Assembly: GCA_965198065.1 (NCBI GenBank)
Contig: CBDAON010000003.1
Coordinates: forward strand, 63,984-127,983
Reading direction: 5' to 3'
Origin: Longimicrobiales bacterium
Lineage (GTDB): Bacteria; Gemmatimonadota; Gemmatimonadetes; Longimicrobiales; Gaopeijiaceae
DNA length: 64,000 nucleotides
The notes below the pieces were generated by a model. It was not told the DNA's origin. It did not search any database and saw only the letters and a program-made list of their open reading frames with translations. Position numbers and translations under genes: made by a program. Positions 29,197 through 39,966 of the stretch are shown one piece after another; within the stretch, counting starts at the first letter, position 1; each line of letters starts with the position of its first letter.

Positions 29197-29823
29197 TCAC
29201 GGGACGTGCCCAATCAGCTCGACGAGGATCCGGTGCGTCAGGCCCCACACCACCCGGCCGTCCAGGTCGAACGCCGGAAAGGAGAGCCTGTCGGTTCCGG
29301 TCTCGATCACGTGCGTCGCTCTCGCGCCTTCGATCCGGAACCGCCAGAGCGGGACCCAGAACGACTCCGCCACCTCGGCCGACGCGGCCAGGACCGGCGT
29401 TTCCGCCGGAACCCGGTACACGAAGGGGGCCACCACGAGGGGAGGTGCCCGCCGGAGGCGAGGCGAGACCTCGGTAAGCCGTCCGAGCAACTCGCCGGCC
29501 TGAGCGAGGCCGATCCCAGTCTCCTCCCACGTCTCCCGCTCCGCGGTCTCGACGAGGGAGGTGTCCGCGGCGCTCCGGCGCCCTCCGGGAAATGCGATGT
29601 GGCCGGACCAGGGATCGGGGGGCGACTCCGCTCGGTGGATCAAGAGCAGCTCGGCCGAGTGAAGGCCCTGGGCGCGTGCCGCTTCAGGAGGAAGCTTCGC
29701 CGGGCGGAGGACCACCGCAACCGAGGCCAGGAAGCCGCCGGGGGGCCGCTCCGGATCGTCTTCCCTTCCGCGGTACGTCCGGAGTCTCTTGCTGAGCGCC
29801 TCGAGTTCGGCGTCGGACGTCAC
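29197..29823 (-). CDS. NUDIX hydrolase, CoA pyrophosphatase type
   Basis: WSGHIAFPGG, AERETWEETGI, VWGLT. Confidence 0.88.
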   Translation of the reverse strand: MTSDAELEALSKRLRTYRGREDDPERPPGGFLASVAVVLRPAKLPPEAARAQGLHSAELLLIHRAESPPDPWSGHIAFPGGRRSAADTSLVETAERETWEETGIGLAQAGELLGRLTEVSPRLRRAPPLVVAPFVYRVPAETPVLAASAEVAESFWVPLWRFRIEGARATHVIETGTDRLSFPAFDLDGRVVWGLTHRILVELIGHVP

Positions 29824-29827
29824 GCGC

Positions 29828-30544
29828 TCAGACTCCCCTCCGCGCCGGCCCCCAGATATGCTTGTGGAGCTGTGTCTGGAAGCGGACCGGAAGCCGGTCC
29901 TCCAGGATCCAGGCCGCGAGGGCCTCCAGCTCCGGTCCTTCCTCGCCCCACACGGGGGAGACCAGTAGGGCCCGCAGGGAACCCGCCTCGACGCGCTGGT
30001 CCAGCCCACGCTCCCGGATCACGTCCCGCGACCACTCGTAATCACGGCGATCCTTCACCACGAACTTGACCTCGTCCCGCGCATCCAGGTGGGCCAGGTT
30101 CTCCCATCGGTTTCGCTCCGACTCGCCCGAGCCCGGACACTTGAGGTCCATGACGACGTGCGCCTCGGGAGGGAGTCGAGAGATATCCTCCGAGCCCGAA
30201 GTCTCCACGAGGGTCGTGAACCCCTCCCGAACGAGTCGCTCGGCCAGGGCTAACGCGTTCGGATGGGCGAGCGGCTCGCCCCCCGTGATCTCCACGACCG
30301 GGCATCCGATCTCCCTCACGCGACGCAGGATCTCGTCCAACTCAATCCTCTCCCCGCCGTGGAACGCGTAGGCGGTGTCGCACCACACACAGCGGAGCGG
30401 ACATCCCGTGAGACGCACGAACGTGCAGGGGGTCCCAACCCACGTCGACTCCCCCTGGATCGAATAGAAGATCTCCGAGACCCGGAGAAACGGACCCGAC
30501 CCCGACGCCCGCGCCCGCTCCGCCTCGGCGTCGGAGTGGCTCAC
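29828..30544 (-). CDS. queE: 7-carboxy-7-deazaguanine synthase (radical SAM)
   Basis: EIFYSIQGE, GCPLRCVWCDT, TGGEP, QLHKHIW. Confidence 0.9.
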   Translation of the reverse strand: MSHSDAEAERARASGSGPFLRVSEIFYSIQGESTWVGTPCTFVRLTGCPLRCVWCDTAYAFHGGERIELDEILRRVREIGCPVVEITGGEPLAHPNALALAERLVREGFTTLVETSGSEDISRLPPEAHVVMDLKCPGSGESERNRWENLAHLDARDEVKFVVKDRRDYEWSRDVIRERGLDQRVEAGSLRALLVSPVWGEEGPELEALAAWILEDRLPVRFQTQLHKHIWGPARRGV

Positions 30545-31506
30545 GACTCCCCTCCCAGTCCCCGGGTTCCGGGAAACAGGGCCCCGAGCGGGGATTCCTT
30601 GATCATGCTCCCGGCCAGGAACAGCACGTTCTCCGGGCTCTCCGAGAGCCGTCTCATCAGGTACGGGTACCAGTTCACGCCAAACGGAATGTACACCCGG
30701 ACGCGATGCCCTCGCCGGACCAGCTCCTTCTGGAGGTCTCGCCGCACCCCGTAGAGCAACTGGAGCTCGAACCGGGCGGGTGCAATTCCGTTCGTTCGCG
30801 CGAAGTCCAGTCCGTCCCGAATCAGCGCCTCGTCGTGCGTGGCGATCGCGGGCTCGCGTCCCTCCCGGAGCAGCGTCGCCATGAGCTCGCAAAAGCTCTT
30901 CCGCACCCGCGCCCCTCCCCGGAACGCGATCTCGGGCGGCTCCACGTACGCGCCCTTGCAGAGGCGCACCGAGATGCCCATCCCGAGCAGATCCTCCAGG
31001 TCCCTGGCCGTGCGCCGGAGGCACGCCTGGAGCACCACCCCGATCCTCCGGTGTCCCTGATCCCAAAGCGTCCGGACGAGGTCCAGCGTGCGGTCCGTGT
31101 ACGCGGACGATTCCATGTCGAATCGAACGAACGCGGAGGCCTGCCGGGCCTTGGCGAGGAGAGCACCGACGTTCTGGAGGAGCACGCTCCCGGAGATGTC
31201 CATCCCCATCTGGCTGGGCTTCACCGACACGTTCACGTCCAGCCCCTCGTCCCCCAGCCGATCCAGTAGCCGTACGTACTCCCTCGCCGCCGCGCCGGCC
31301 CTCCCCGGATCCGCGACGGCCTCGCCCAGATAGTTCCCCGTGACGTCCAGTCCCTGGCCTCTCGCCTCCCTCGCCGCCCCAACGAAGTCGTCCAGGGACT
31401 CGCCGGCCACGAATCTCCGGCTCATCGTCCGCGTGATCGGGACGCGGGGAATCAGCTCCCGCGCGATCCCTGAATCCGCCAGCGCGCGAAGTCCCCAGCG
31501 AAGCAC
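30541..31506 (-). CDS. monofunctional proline dehydrogenase
   Basis: RRFVAGE, SVKPSQ, RFDME, VRLCKGAY, IATHD, YPYLMRRL. Confidence 0.92.
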   Translation of the reverse strand: MLRWGLRALADSGIARELIPRVPITRTMSRRFVAGESLDDFVGAAREARGQGLDVTGNYLGEAVADPGRAGAAAREYVRLLDRLGDEGLDVNVSVKPSQMGMDISGSVLLQNVGALLAKARQASAFVRFDMESSAYTDRTLDLVRTLWDQGHRRIGVVLQACLRRTARDLEDLLGMGISVRLCKGAYVEPPEIAFRGGARVRKSFCELMATLLREGREPAIATHDEALIRDGLDFARTNGIAPARFELQLLYGVRRDLQKELVRRGHRVRVYIPFGVNWYPYLMRRLSESPENVLFLAGSMIKESPLGALFPGTRGLGGES

Positions 31507-31515
31507 GAGCCCGTC

Positions 31516-31944
31516 CTACGTCCCTGGATCGGTAGTAGCCCGACGCCTCCGGATGGCCTCATCGAGGAGCTCCTTCACCCGATGGAGCGGAAGCTCTCCG
31601 AGCTCCTGGAACACGGCATCCCCCGTCTTGCCACGGCAAAGCACGGGCGTCTCTACGTGTCCCACGACGCCAAGCCCCTCAGACGCCCACCGCGGGAAGA
31701 CGAGGTATCCCTCGCGGGGAGCCGCCAGGTTTGGCGTCTTCTCGACCTCGAGCGACACCGTGTACGGCTCGCCGTCCGCACCCTCGAAGCCGGGCGGTCG
31801 GCCGTGCTCTCGGAGATATCCCCCGAGCGTCGCCTCGGGGGAGGATTCGATCTCGGGACGCGAGGGAACCACGCCCGAATCTAACAGGTTTCCCCCAGAC
31901 CCCGCGCGCGTCCCCAGGTCGATGGCGCCGGGCCTCGGGCCCAC
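31516..31944 (-). CDS. hypothetical protein (start uncertain)
   Basis: TLGGYLREHGRPPGFEGADG..YLVFPRW..GHVET looks like a conserved globular domain. Confidence 0.65.
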   Translation of the reverse strand: MGPRPGAIDLGTRAGSGGNLLDSGVVPSRPEIESSPEATLGGYLREHGRPPGFEGADGEPYTVSLEVEKTPNLAAPREGYLVFPRWASEGLGVVGHVETPVLCRGKTGDAVFQELGELPLHRVKELLDEAIRRRRATTDPGT

Positions 31945-32077
31945 TGCCCGACCGGTCCAGTCCGGCCAAGGGCCCGCGCCGGAACGCCGCCCGGGGATGG
32001 ACGATTAAGCGTTTTGCCCATACATATTGATACCGTATCCAGAGTGTGCATAGTTACTGTGCTAACATCGAGGTGCC

Positions 32078-33460
32078 ATGGCCGAGGCTAGAACGCGCCC
32101 GGGGGGGACGGAGGTTCTTGCCCTCCTTCCTGGCGTGCGCCATGACCGTGTGGAGGAGGTCCTGGGCCCGCGGGTTCGCTGGTGCCAAGGCACGGGAGAG
32201 TTTCTGGAGGCGCTCCAGGCGGCGGACTGGGAGCTGCTCCTCCTCTCGTTTGACCACGAGGCCGTGGACGAAGCACTGGCTCGTCGGATGCTGGAGGTCC
32301 GGGCGGACATCCCACTCTTCCTGACGTCGAGCGAGGCCTCGATCGATCGGGTGCTCTCCGCCGAGCGGGCCGGCGCCGTGTCGCTCCTCTCCCACCCGCC
32401 GTCGGAGGAGTCACTCCGGGCCGAAGTGCTGCCTCTCCTGGAGGAGGCCGGAGACATCCCGGTGCCTCCGCCGGTAACCGGGGAGGCGGGCCACGGAATC
32501 GTTGGAACGAGCCCCGCGCTCGTCGACGTCTTCAGGGTCGTGGCTCGCGTTGCCCCGAGCACAACCACGGTTCTGGTCACCGGAGAATCCGGAACCGGAA
32601 AGGAGCTCGTCGCAAGGGCCCTCCACCAATAGGGGTCCCGGGCCGATGCTCCGTTCGTGGCCGTGAACTGCGCCGCGATCCCCGACACCTTGCTCGAGGC
32701 CGAGCTGTTCGGTTACGAGAAGGGCGCCTTCACCGGAGCGGTCGCGCGGAGCGATGGCCGATTCGGGCGCGCGCACGGGGGCACCCTTTCCCTGGACGAG
32801 ATCGGGGAGATGAGCCTCTCGCTCCAAGCGAAGCTCCTCCGAGCCCTCGAGTCGGGGGAAGTGGAGCGCCTGGGTGGAAGGGAGGCGACGCGCGTGGACG
32901 CGAGGGTGGTCGCGGCCACCAATCGAGACCTCAGGGAGCGGGTCGCCGCGGAGACGTTCCGCGAAGATCTCCTGTACCGGCTCACCGTGGTCGAGGTCGA
33001 GCTTCCGCCTCTGAGGGATCGACCCGAAGACGTCCTTCCGCTGGCCCTGCATTTCGCCGCCCGCTGCTTCTCAGCCGCCCACGGGCGTCCTGTCCGTGCC
33101 CTGAGCCGCCGGGGGGGCGACGCCCTGCGTACCCATCCCTGGCCGGGAAACGTGCGGGAGCTGAGGAACGTCATCGATCGCGCGGTGCTCGTCGCCCGCG
33201 GAGGAGTGATCCGATCGGGCGACCTTCGGTTGGGACCCCAGGCCCCTCGAATGTCCCCACTCGATCCCGCCCGTGACGTCGGGTATTCCCCGACCCTGTC
33301 GCTGGCCGAGGTCGAGGCGATGCACCTTCGCTCGGTCCTCGAGCAAACGGGGGGTCACATGGGGGAGGCGTCGGAGATCCTCGGCATACACCGGAACACG
33401 ATGACGTCGAAGGTCCGGCAGTACGGGATTGACGTGGCCTCGATCTCGGAGCGGAGATGA
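32078..33460 (+). pseudogene. sigma54-dependent enhancer-binding protein (degenerate REC-AAA-Fis HTH) interrupted by an in-frame TAG at 32630
   Basis: [49 protein letters not shown]; both ORF halves are in the same frame. Confidence 0.85.
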
Positions 33461-33736
33461 TGCGCGGGTGCCGCCCGCTAGGGCTCACCCTGCCTCCTTT
33501 TTGTGCAGTGCCTCGCTTTCGGGAATCGCGGCCGGGGCGGGGGACGGGCCTCGCCGCCCGCGCCGAAGAGTGGATGGCCGGGCCCGCGAGGCTGGACGCA
33601 CGCGGTCTGTCGAGCCCTCGCGACGGCCGCCCCGCGCTGGAGAGTTCGAGACACGGGGGCGGCACGGCTCCTGCCGTGGAACGAGGCCGAGATAGCTCGT
33701 TCGCCTAATCCCGGCCCGGGAGGGTCGCCCTTCCGG

Positions 33737-35050
33737 GTGTCCGAGTTGGCGGATTTGGTTCCGCGCTTGTCCGAGCTGGCTCCCTTGCTGGACCTGGTCG
33801 TGTCCACGTCGCGGCCGGATCCGGAGCGGCGCTGGAGCGGATCGGGGGAGCTGGGATCGGTCGGGAACCGGATGGTGGACGCGACGGCCGTCGCGCGCGG
33901 TAGCGGGGAGGTCGCGGGCAGCGAGGCGATGCGCCTGGGTGACCTGTACGGCCGGGCAGCTCGCGTCATCGCGGCGGTGGCCCAGGGCCGATGGAGCGAC
34001 GCTGTGGAACTCCTGATCGAGCAGGGCCTGGACGACGAGCGGCGCGGAAGGGATCGAGAGGCGGAGGCGTGGTTCCTGGCCGCGCACCGGGCGGCGCGGG
34101 ATCGTGGGGAGCCGCGAGCGCTCGAGGCCCTAAGGCTCGCCGCACGCGCCGCCCGCCAACTGGGACGCCTGGACGACGCGGCTTGGCGCTACGAGGAGAC
34201 CTGGCGGTCCGCCGCCCAGCTGGAGATGGAGTCCGACATGATCGTGGCCGGTATCGGACGGGGGAACACAGCCGTGGACCAGGGACGGTGGGCAGAGGCC
34301 CGGGACTGGTACGACCGTGTCCTCGCCATTCTCGGCGAGGCGGGAGCCCCCCGGACGGAGCGCTGGCAGACGCTCCAGAACCTGGCAATCGTCCACCGGC
34401 GCTCGGGGAGCCTCGCCGAGGCGCAGCGGTTCTTGGAGCATGCCCAGGAGGAGGGATCCCGGCTGGGCGACCCCAACGCGCAGGTGGAGGTCGGGAACGG
34501 CTGGGGGCAGCTCGTGGCAGAGGGAGACCCCCGGGGTGCCGAGCTCCACTTCACCCGTGCTCTCGCGCTCGCAGGGGAGCCCCGTGCGAAGGTGACGATT
34601 GCCGTGAACCTCGGAGAGGCGCTCCTCGCGCAGGGGAAGACGCTCGAGGCCGGGGAGCGCGCCCGTGAAGCTGAGAGTGAGGCCCTTCGCGGCGGGATCG
34701 TCGGGAAGCTCCCGGAGATCTACCGGCTTCTCGCGGAGGTCGCGAGGTCACGGGGTGAACGAGAGGCCTTCGTGCTCCTCGAGCAAGCCCTGAATCTCAT
34801 CCGGGAGCGAGACCTCCCTCCGTTCGAGGAGGCCCTCACCCGGGAGGCGTACGGAGACCTGCGCATCGCAGAGGGAGACTTGGGGCGTGGCGTTTCGGAG
34901 CTTCGGGCCGCCGCGAGAATCTTCGACAGCCTCGGGATTCGCGAGTCGGTGGAGCGACTCTTGCAACGAGTCGCCGAGGTCGAGGACGAGCGGTCGCCGG
35001 GCCTTCGGGACGCTGGAGACAGCGAGCTGAACGACGGGGAGGTGCCATGA
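33737..35050 (+). CDS. tetratricopeptide-repeat protein (start uncertain)
   Basis: Repeated helical motifs GRGNTAVDQGRWAEARDWY, LQNLAIVHRRSGSLAEA, AVNLGEALLAQG. Confidence 0.8.
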   Translation: MSELADLVPRLSELAPLLDLVVSTSRPDPERRWSGSGELGSVGNRMVDATAVARGSGEVAGSEAMRLGDLYGRAARVIAAVAQGRWSDAVELLIEQGLDDERRGRDREAEAWFLAAHRAARDRGEPRALEALRLAARAARQLGRLDDAAWRYEETWRSAAQLEMESDMIVAGIGRGNTAVDQGRWAEARDWYDRVLAILGEAGAPRTERWQTLQNLAIVHRRSGSLAEAQRFLEHAQEEGSRLGDPNAQVEVGNGWGQLVAEGDPRGAELHFTRALALAGEPRAKVTIAVNLGEALLAQGKTLEAGERAREAESEALRGGIVGKLPEIYRLLAEVARSRGEREAFVLLEQALNLIRERDLPPFEEALTREAYGDLRIAEGDLGRGVSELRAAARIFDSLGIRESVERLLQRVAEVEDERSPGLRDAGDSELNDGEVP

Positions 35051-35715
35051 GGATCGGGCTGTGGACGAGACGGTGCGCCGTCGGGCGCCTTTCGCTCGCC
35101 CTGGCGGGCGCGGGGCCGGTCGCCGCGTGCGGCGACCTCACGTCAGGCGGATTCGGCGAGGTCGAGGTCAGCGTCACGGCCGACTCCCTGGCCCAGGCAT
35201 CCCTGGTCAGGGCAGCCTCCTTCGCCGTGGCCCCGGACGCTGGCGGTCGGCGAAGGGCGTCCGCGGTGGACGGTCTCGACTCGATCGAGGGAACCGTGAC
35301 AGTCGCCCTCCGCGTGTATGTGAGAAGGGGAGCCCGCGACTGGGTCGAGGTCACGGAGGGAGAACAGGTCGTGACGGTTCCGCTCCAGGGGGGCGAGGCT
35401 CAGATCGTAGCTCGCTCGGACGTCCCGACGGGGACCTACACCGAAGCCCGCGCACGATTATCCCGGGTCGTCGCGGACGTGGAGGGTGGCCTGATAGTGG
35501 ACGGGGAGCCCGTCACCGGTCGGGTCACGGTCATCGAGTCGGGGATCGAGGATCCGCTCGAGTTGGAGGTCGAGGAGGGCTCCCTGGTGTCGATCGTGGT
35601 GGAGCTCCGCTCGGGACTGTGGATTCGGCGTGTGGATCGCGACACGCGACGGGTGCCGCCAGCCGAGCTGGAGGAAGCCCTGCGCCTCCGGGGGGACGGC
35701 GCGACCCACCGCTGA
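35047..35715 (+). CDS. lipoprotein, DUF4382-like
   Basis: Lipobox VAAC; beta-rich with VPTGTYTEAR and ELEVEEG motifs. Confidence 0.6.
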   Translation: MRIGLWTRRCAVGRLSLALAGAGPVAACGDLTSGGFGEVEVSVTADSLAQASLVRAASFAVAPDAGGRRRASAVDGLDSIEGTVTVALRVYVRRGARDWVEVTEGEQVVTVPLQGGEAQIVARSDVPTGTYTEARARLSRVVADVEGGLIVDGEPVTGRVTVIESGIEDPLELEVEEGSLVSIVVELRSGLWIRRVDRDTRRVPPAELEEALRLRGDGATHR

Positions 35716-35900
35716 CGGCCCGCCCCCCGGAACGGCGTCCCGCAGCAGTCGGACGGATGGCCATCCGTCGGCTCTCCCTGTCGGCTTCCCACCACCTTTC
35801 CCGCGGCTTCCCCTCTTGCGGGCCGGAGAGGCCCCGGGCCACCTTGGTCCGTTCCTTCGGCTCTGATCGTACCGCTCGGACCCCAAAACTCGATCGCGCG

Positions 35901-36899
35901 TTGACCACACAAACCCAGACCGAGCAAACCCAGACTGAAGGGTTCAGGCTTCTCAGGGCGGTGTCGGACGCCATCCACCGTCGCGTCGTGGGACAGGACG
36001 ACACGGTACAGGGCCTGCTCATCGCGCTGCTCACCGGTGGCCACGTCCTCCTCGAGGGTCTGCCGGGACTCGCGAAGACCCTCTTGGTGCGATCTCTGGC
36101 CGACGCGCTGCACACCACTTTCCGCCGGATCCAGTTCACGCCGGACCTGCTTCCGGGGGACATCGTCGGCACGCCGGTCTTCCACCAGGGAACAGGAGAG
36201 TTCCACGTTCACAAGGGGCCGATCTTCGCGAACGTCATCTTGGCCGACGAGGTCAACCGGGCCCCTCCCAAGGTGCAGTCCGCGCTGCTGGAGGCCATGG
36301 AGGAGGACCAGGTCACGATCGAGGGTACGACGTACCCTCTGCCCATCCCGTTCCTCGTCCTGGCGACGCAGAACCCGATCGAGCAGCAGGGGACCTATCC
36401 CCTCGCGGAAGCGCAGCTCGATCGATTCATGATGAAGCTGAGGATCGGCTACCCGGACCGAGCCGAGGAAAAGGAGATCATCGAACGCGTGGCTCTGGGT
36501 GAGGTGGACGCCACTGCCCATCCTCTCGAGTCGCCGGCCACCGTGGAGGCGATCCTGGCCGCGCGGGGGGAGCTGGACACCGTGCGGGTGGATGACCGGA
36601 TCGTCGATTACGTCGTGGACCTCGTGTTCGCGACCCGTGAGCCCGAGTCCGCGGGGCTCGGCGAGCTCCGGACCCTCATGGAGTTCGGGATCTCTCCGCG
36701 GGCGACCATCTTCCTCACAAGGGCGTCGCGCGCGTACGCGTACCTCGACGGGCGCGACTTCGTCCTGCCCGACGACGTGAAGGCGGTCGTGGCCCCCGTG
36801 CTCCGGCATCGGCTCCGCACCACGTACGAGGCGGACGCGCGGGGGATCGACTCCGACCAGCTCGTCCAGCGGCTTTTGGACGGGGTAACGGCCCCCTGA
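35901..36899 (+). CDS. moxR: MoxR-family AAA+ ATPase
   Basis: HVLLEGLPGLAKT, RIQFTPDLLP, LADEVNRAPPKVQSALLEAM, ATQNPIE. Confidence 0.95.
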   Translation: MTTQTQTEQTQTEGFRLLRAVSDAIHRRVVGQDDTVQGLLIALLTGGHVLLEGLPGLAKTLLVRSLADALHTTFRRIQFTPDLLPGDIVGTPVFHQGTGEFHVHKGPIFANVILADEVNRAPPKVQSALLEAMEEDQVTIEGTTYPLPIPFLVLATQNPIEQQGTYPLAEAQLDRFMMKLRIGYPDRAEEKEIIERVALGEVDATAHPLESPATVEAILAARGELDTVRVDDRIVDYVVDLVFATREPESAGLGELRTLMEFGISPRATIFLTRASRAYAYLDGRDFVLPDDVKAVVAPVLRHRLRTTYEADARGIDSDQLVQRLLDGVTAP

Positions 36900-36950
36900 G
36901 GGGCGCGGGCGCCGTAGAGCGCGCCCGAGGAGGAGGGGGTGGCGGCGACC

Positions 36951-37895
36951 ATGAGGCTGCCGTGGAGGAGGGAGAGAGCCGAGGCGGAGCCGAACGTTGC
37001 GTTCCCGCCCTCGCCCGAGGTCCTTCGGGCCATCCTCCGGCTCGACCTGCACACCAGGAGGTTCGTCGAGTCGCTCTTCACGGGCGAGTACTCGTCGGTT
37101 TTTCACGGGCGCGGGTTCGAATTTTCCCACGTACGGGCGTACCAGCCCGGAGACGACGTCCGTTCCATCGACTGGAGGGTGACCGCCCGACGAGGGATCC
37201 CCTATGTGCGACAGTTCGTCGAGGAACGAGACCTCTTCGTCGTCCTGCTCGTGGACATCTCCGCCTCGGGACGCCTCGGCCCGGGGCAGAAGAGCGCGGC
37301 GGACATCGCCACGGAAATCGCTGCGGCGCTGGCGTTTGCTGCGGTGCGACGGAACGACCGTGTCGCCATGCTGCTCGTCACCGACCGCGTGGAGCAGACC
37401 GTGCGAGCCGGCTCGGGCCAGCGGCACGTCGTGCGGATGCTCTCCACGCTTCTGTCCTTCAGGCCGAGGGGTCGAGGTACTAATCTGGCAGTCGGGCTGG
37501 AGGCGATCGGCCGCTCCTTCAGCGGGCGATCTGCCGTGTTCGTGTTGAGCGACTTCATCGATGTCGGCCCCGAGGCCTCCTTCCGTCAGGTGATGGGCCG
37601 CGTGGCGCGGCGACACGATGTGATCGCCGTGCGCCTCCTCGGGCGCTCCACGGACGAGCTTCCCGACGCGGGGTGGGTAGAGATGACGGATCCGGAGACG
37701 GGGCGTCGGATCGTGCTCAATACGGGGAACCGAAGGGTGCGGGAGCGGTACCGCAGGGGCGTCCAGAGAGCGCACGCCGCCATGGCCAGCCTCCTGACCG
37801 AAGCGGGGGCCGAGCTCCTCGACATCGACACCGCGACCGACCCGCTCCTAGCCTTGACCGACTTCTTCCGCCGCCGGCAGCGCGCCCCCCGATGA
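36951..37895 (+). CDS. DUF58 (vWA-like) protein
   Basis: FHGRGFEF, YQPGDDVRSIDW, FVEER, VDISAS, LSDF. Confidence 0.92.
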   Translation: MRLPWRRERAEAEPNVAFPPSPEVLRAILRLDLHTRRFVESLFTGEYSSVFHGRGFEFSHVRAYQPGDDVRSIDWRVTARRGIPYVRQFVEERDLFVVLLVDISASGRLGPGQKSAADIATEIAAALAFAAVRRNDRVAMLLVTDRVEQTVRAGSGQRHVVRMLSTLLSFRPRGRGTNLAVGLEAIGRSFSGRSAVFVLSDFIDVGPEASFRQVMGRVARRHDVIAVRLLGRSTDELPDAGWVEMTDPETGRRIVLNTGNRRVRERYRRGVQRAHAAMASLLTEAGAELLDIDTATDPLLALTDFFRRRQRAPR

Positions 37896-38893
37896 GAAGG
37901 CTTCTCCCGGCTCTGGTCCTGTTGGGTCCCGCCTCAGGGCTCGCGCAGACCCCGGGCGCGGTCGAATCGCTCCCCGACGCCCGCGTGGTCCAGGTCCGTC
38001 ACGAGCCCGATCGTCCCGGGTTCGGGGAGGCCTTCCTGCTCGAAGTCACGCTTCGGGTCGGATCTCGGGTCGTGGCCTTCCTTCCGGACACGTTGATTCC
38101 GACGGAGACCGCGGAGAGCGCCGGGCTCGGAGGCTGGCGATCGATCGACGCCCCGGGGGATTCGATCGACGTCGTCGCCACGTATCCGGTGATCGGCTTC
38201 CGGGAAGGACTCGTGGAGTACCCGTGGATGGAGCTCGGTTTCGAGGCTCGGCCTGGAGAGGGGGCGCCACCGATCCGAGCTCTGGCCGAGTTCGGCGAGA
38301 GCGAGTTCGGACGTCCGCCGACGTGGCTCCTGAGGCTGGGCGGCCTGGACGTCGGTCCCTTGGAGCCGCTCGAGGCCGAGGGGTTTGGAGCTTCGCCGAG
38401 GCCTCCGGCGGACGTCTTGGGCAGCGCATGGAGCGTCTGGCGGGCGCTCGCGGTCGGGATCTTCTCGATGATGGGGGCGGTGGGACTCGGCCTCGCGGCG
38501 CGCTGGGCCTGGGTTCGGGCCAACCGTGTGGAGGAAGGCCCGAGGCTGTCGGCCAGGGACGAGGCCCTCCAGGAGCTCGAGCGCATCCGCACCCTGGGCA
38601 GACACAGGAACGGGCACTTGGACGAATTCTATGCCTCCACGGGCGACGCGCTCCGCCGATTCGTGGGCGCTCTGGAGCCCGACTGGGGGCTCCACCTCAC
38701 CAGCTCGGAGCTGATGGACGAGGTGGTCGAGCACTGGGGCACGTCGGGGGACGGGACGCTGGTGCCCGTGATTCAGGGAGGGGAACGAGTGAAGTTCGGT
38801 CGGGATCGGCCCGATCCGGAGCGGGCGGAACGGGACTGGGCGGCGGTCCGGGACTGGATTAGGGAACGCCCCGAGGGGGGCGAGCGTCCCTAG
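37892..38893 (+). CDS. membrane protein of the bat operon (BatD-like)
   Basis: Signal peptide, single TM, C-terminal LTSSEL..VKFG pattern; position between DUF58 and vWA. Confidence 0.65.
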   Translation: MRRLLPALVLLGPASGLAQTPGAVESLPDARVVQVRHEPDRPGFGEAFLLEVTLRVGSRVVAFLPDTLIPTETAESAGLGGWRSIDAPGDSIDVVATYPVIGFREGLVEYPWMELGFEARPGEGAPPIRALAEFGESEFGRPPTWLLRLGGLDVGPLEPLEAEGFGASPRPPADVLGSAWSVWRALAVGIFSMMGAVGLGLAARWAWVRANRVEEGPRLSARDEALQELERIRTLGRHRNGHLDEFYASTGDALRRFVGALEPDWGLHLTSSELMDEVVEHWGTSGDGTLVPVIQGGERVKFGRDRPDPERAERDWAAVRDWIRERPEGGERP

Positions 38894-38913
38894 GGATGCC
38901 CTAGATTGTGGGC

Positions 38914-39966
38914 ATGGAACCCGTCACCCCCGCGCTGGACGCGCTCGGCTCGAGCTTCCTCCCGGCCGTAGGCTCTCTGAGCTTCGGCCGGCCCGATGTC
39001 CTGTACCTCCTCCTGGTCCTCCCCGTTTGGTGGGTGATCGTCTGGCCGAGGGCGGGGAGGGGCGTCCTGTTCAGCCGCGGTGAATCCGCCAGGCGGACGG
39101 CGGGCTGGGGGCGCATTCCCCATGGAATTCTAGTGCTCATCCTTCCCCTCGTTCTCCGTTCCCTCGTGATGGGCTCCCTCGTGGTGGCGCTCGCGGATCC
39201 GCACCGAACGGAGCTGACCCCCGAGATCGCCACGCGAGGAAAGGGGATCGGCCTGGCCGTCGACCTCTCGAGCTCGATGCTGGCCAAGGACATGGAGGGC
39301 GGGCGCGATCGCATCACGGTCGCTCGGGAGGCCGCCGTCAGATTCGCGGAGGGGCGCCCGCTCGACGAGCTCAGCCTCATCGGCTTCTCCGGCCAGGCCG
39401 TCACGCGCGTCCCTCCCACCTCCGACTCGAGGTTGATCGTACAGGGCGTCGAATCTCTCCGCGTGCAGCTCGTTCGCGACGGGACCGACATCTCCGGGGC
39501 GCTCCTCACCGTGGTCTCGCGCATGCGGGAATCCGAGCGGGAGCCCCGCGTCGTCATCCTTCTCACCGACGGCGCCCACAACGGGGTCGGCGTGCCGCCG
39601 CTCGCGGCGGCACGAGCCGCGGCCGCACTGGGCGTTCGTGTTCACGCCATTAGCGTGCTGGGACCCGAGGCCGGAGCGCGGCTGCAGGCGACCGGCGCAG
39701 CCCGGGCAGGCTCGGGGGACGGGCAGAACATGCGCACCGTCCTCGAGGGCATCGCGGGCGTCACGGGTGGGCGGTACTTTCACGCATCGAGCGGCACGGC
39801 GCTCGACTCGATATACCGCGAGATTGACCGCATCGAGCAGCCGGTGGAAGAGGTCACGGAGGTCGGGACCACCCACCCGGTCCGCGCCTGGCCTCTCCTC
39901 GCCGGCCTGCTGTTCCTAGGCCTGGAAGGGGTGCTGAGGGGATCCCGCCTGGGAGTTGTCACGTGA
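38914..39966 (+). CDS. batA: vWA domain protein, BatA-like
   Basis: FGRP N-terminal TM, ALADP, MIDAS DLSSSM, GTDI, ILLTDG. Confidence 0.85.
   Translation: MEPVTPALDALGSSFLPAVGSLSFGRPDVLYLLLVLPVWWVIVWPRAGRGVLFSRGESARRTAGWGRIPHGILVLILPLVLRSLVMGSLVVALADPHRTELTPEIATRGKGIGLAVDLSSSMLAKDMEGGRDRITVAREAAVRFAEGRPLDELSLIGFSGQAVTRVPPTSDSRLIVQGVESLRVQLVRDGTDISGALLTVVSRMRESEREPRVVILLTDGAHNGVGVPPLAAARAAAALGVRVHAISVLGPEAGARLQATGAARAGSGDGQNMRTVLEGIAGVTGGRYFHASSGTALDSIYREIDRIEQPVEEVTEVGTTHPVRAWPLLAGLLFLGLEGVLRGSRLGVVT

Noticed and set aside
5536..32632. Two in-frame TAG codons (IS3 orfB at 5536, sigma54 activator at 32630) as stop-codon recoding or pyrrolysine
   Set aside because: TAG terminates many intact genes here (e.g. 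3372, 8921, 24760, 58614), no pyl genes are in the window, and the IS copy has other lesions; simple nonsense mutations suffice
35910..35936. CAAACCCAGAC twice at the moxR start
   Set aside because: Short coding duplication (TQTEQTQTE) in a low-complexity N-terminus
35436..37775. Long antisense or alternate-frame ORFs (e.g. 779 aa here, 6503-7975, 23734-25302, 60521-62023)
   Set aside because: Shadows of real genes in high-GC DNA with Arg/Pro/Gly-rich, motif-free translations
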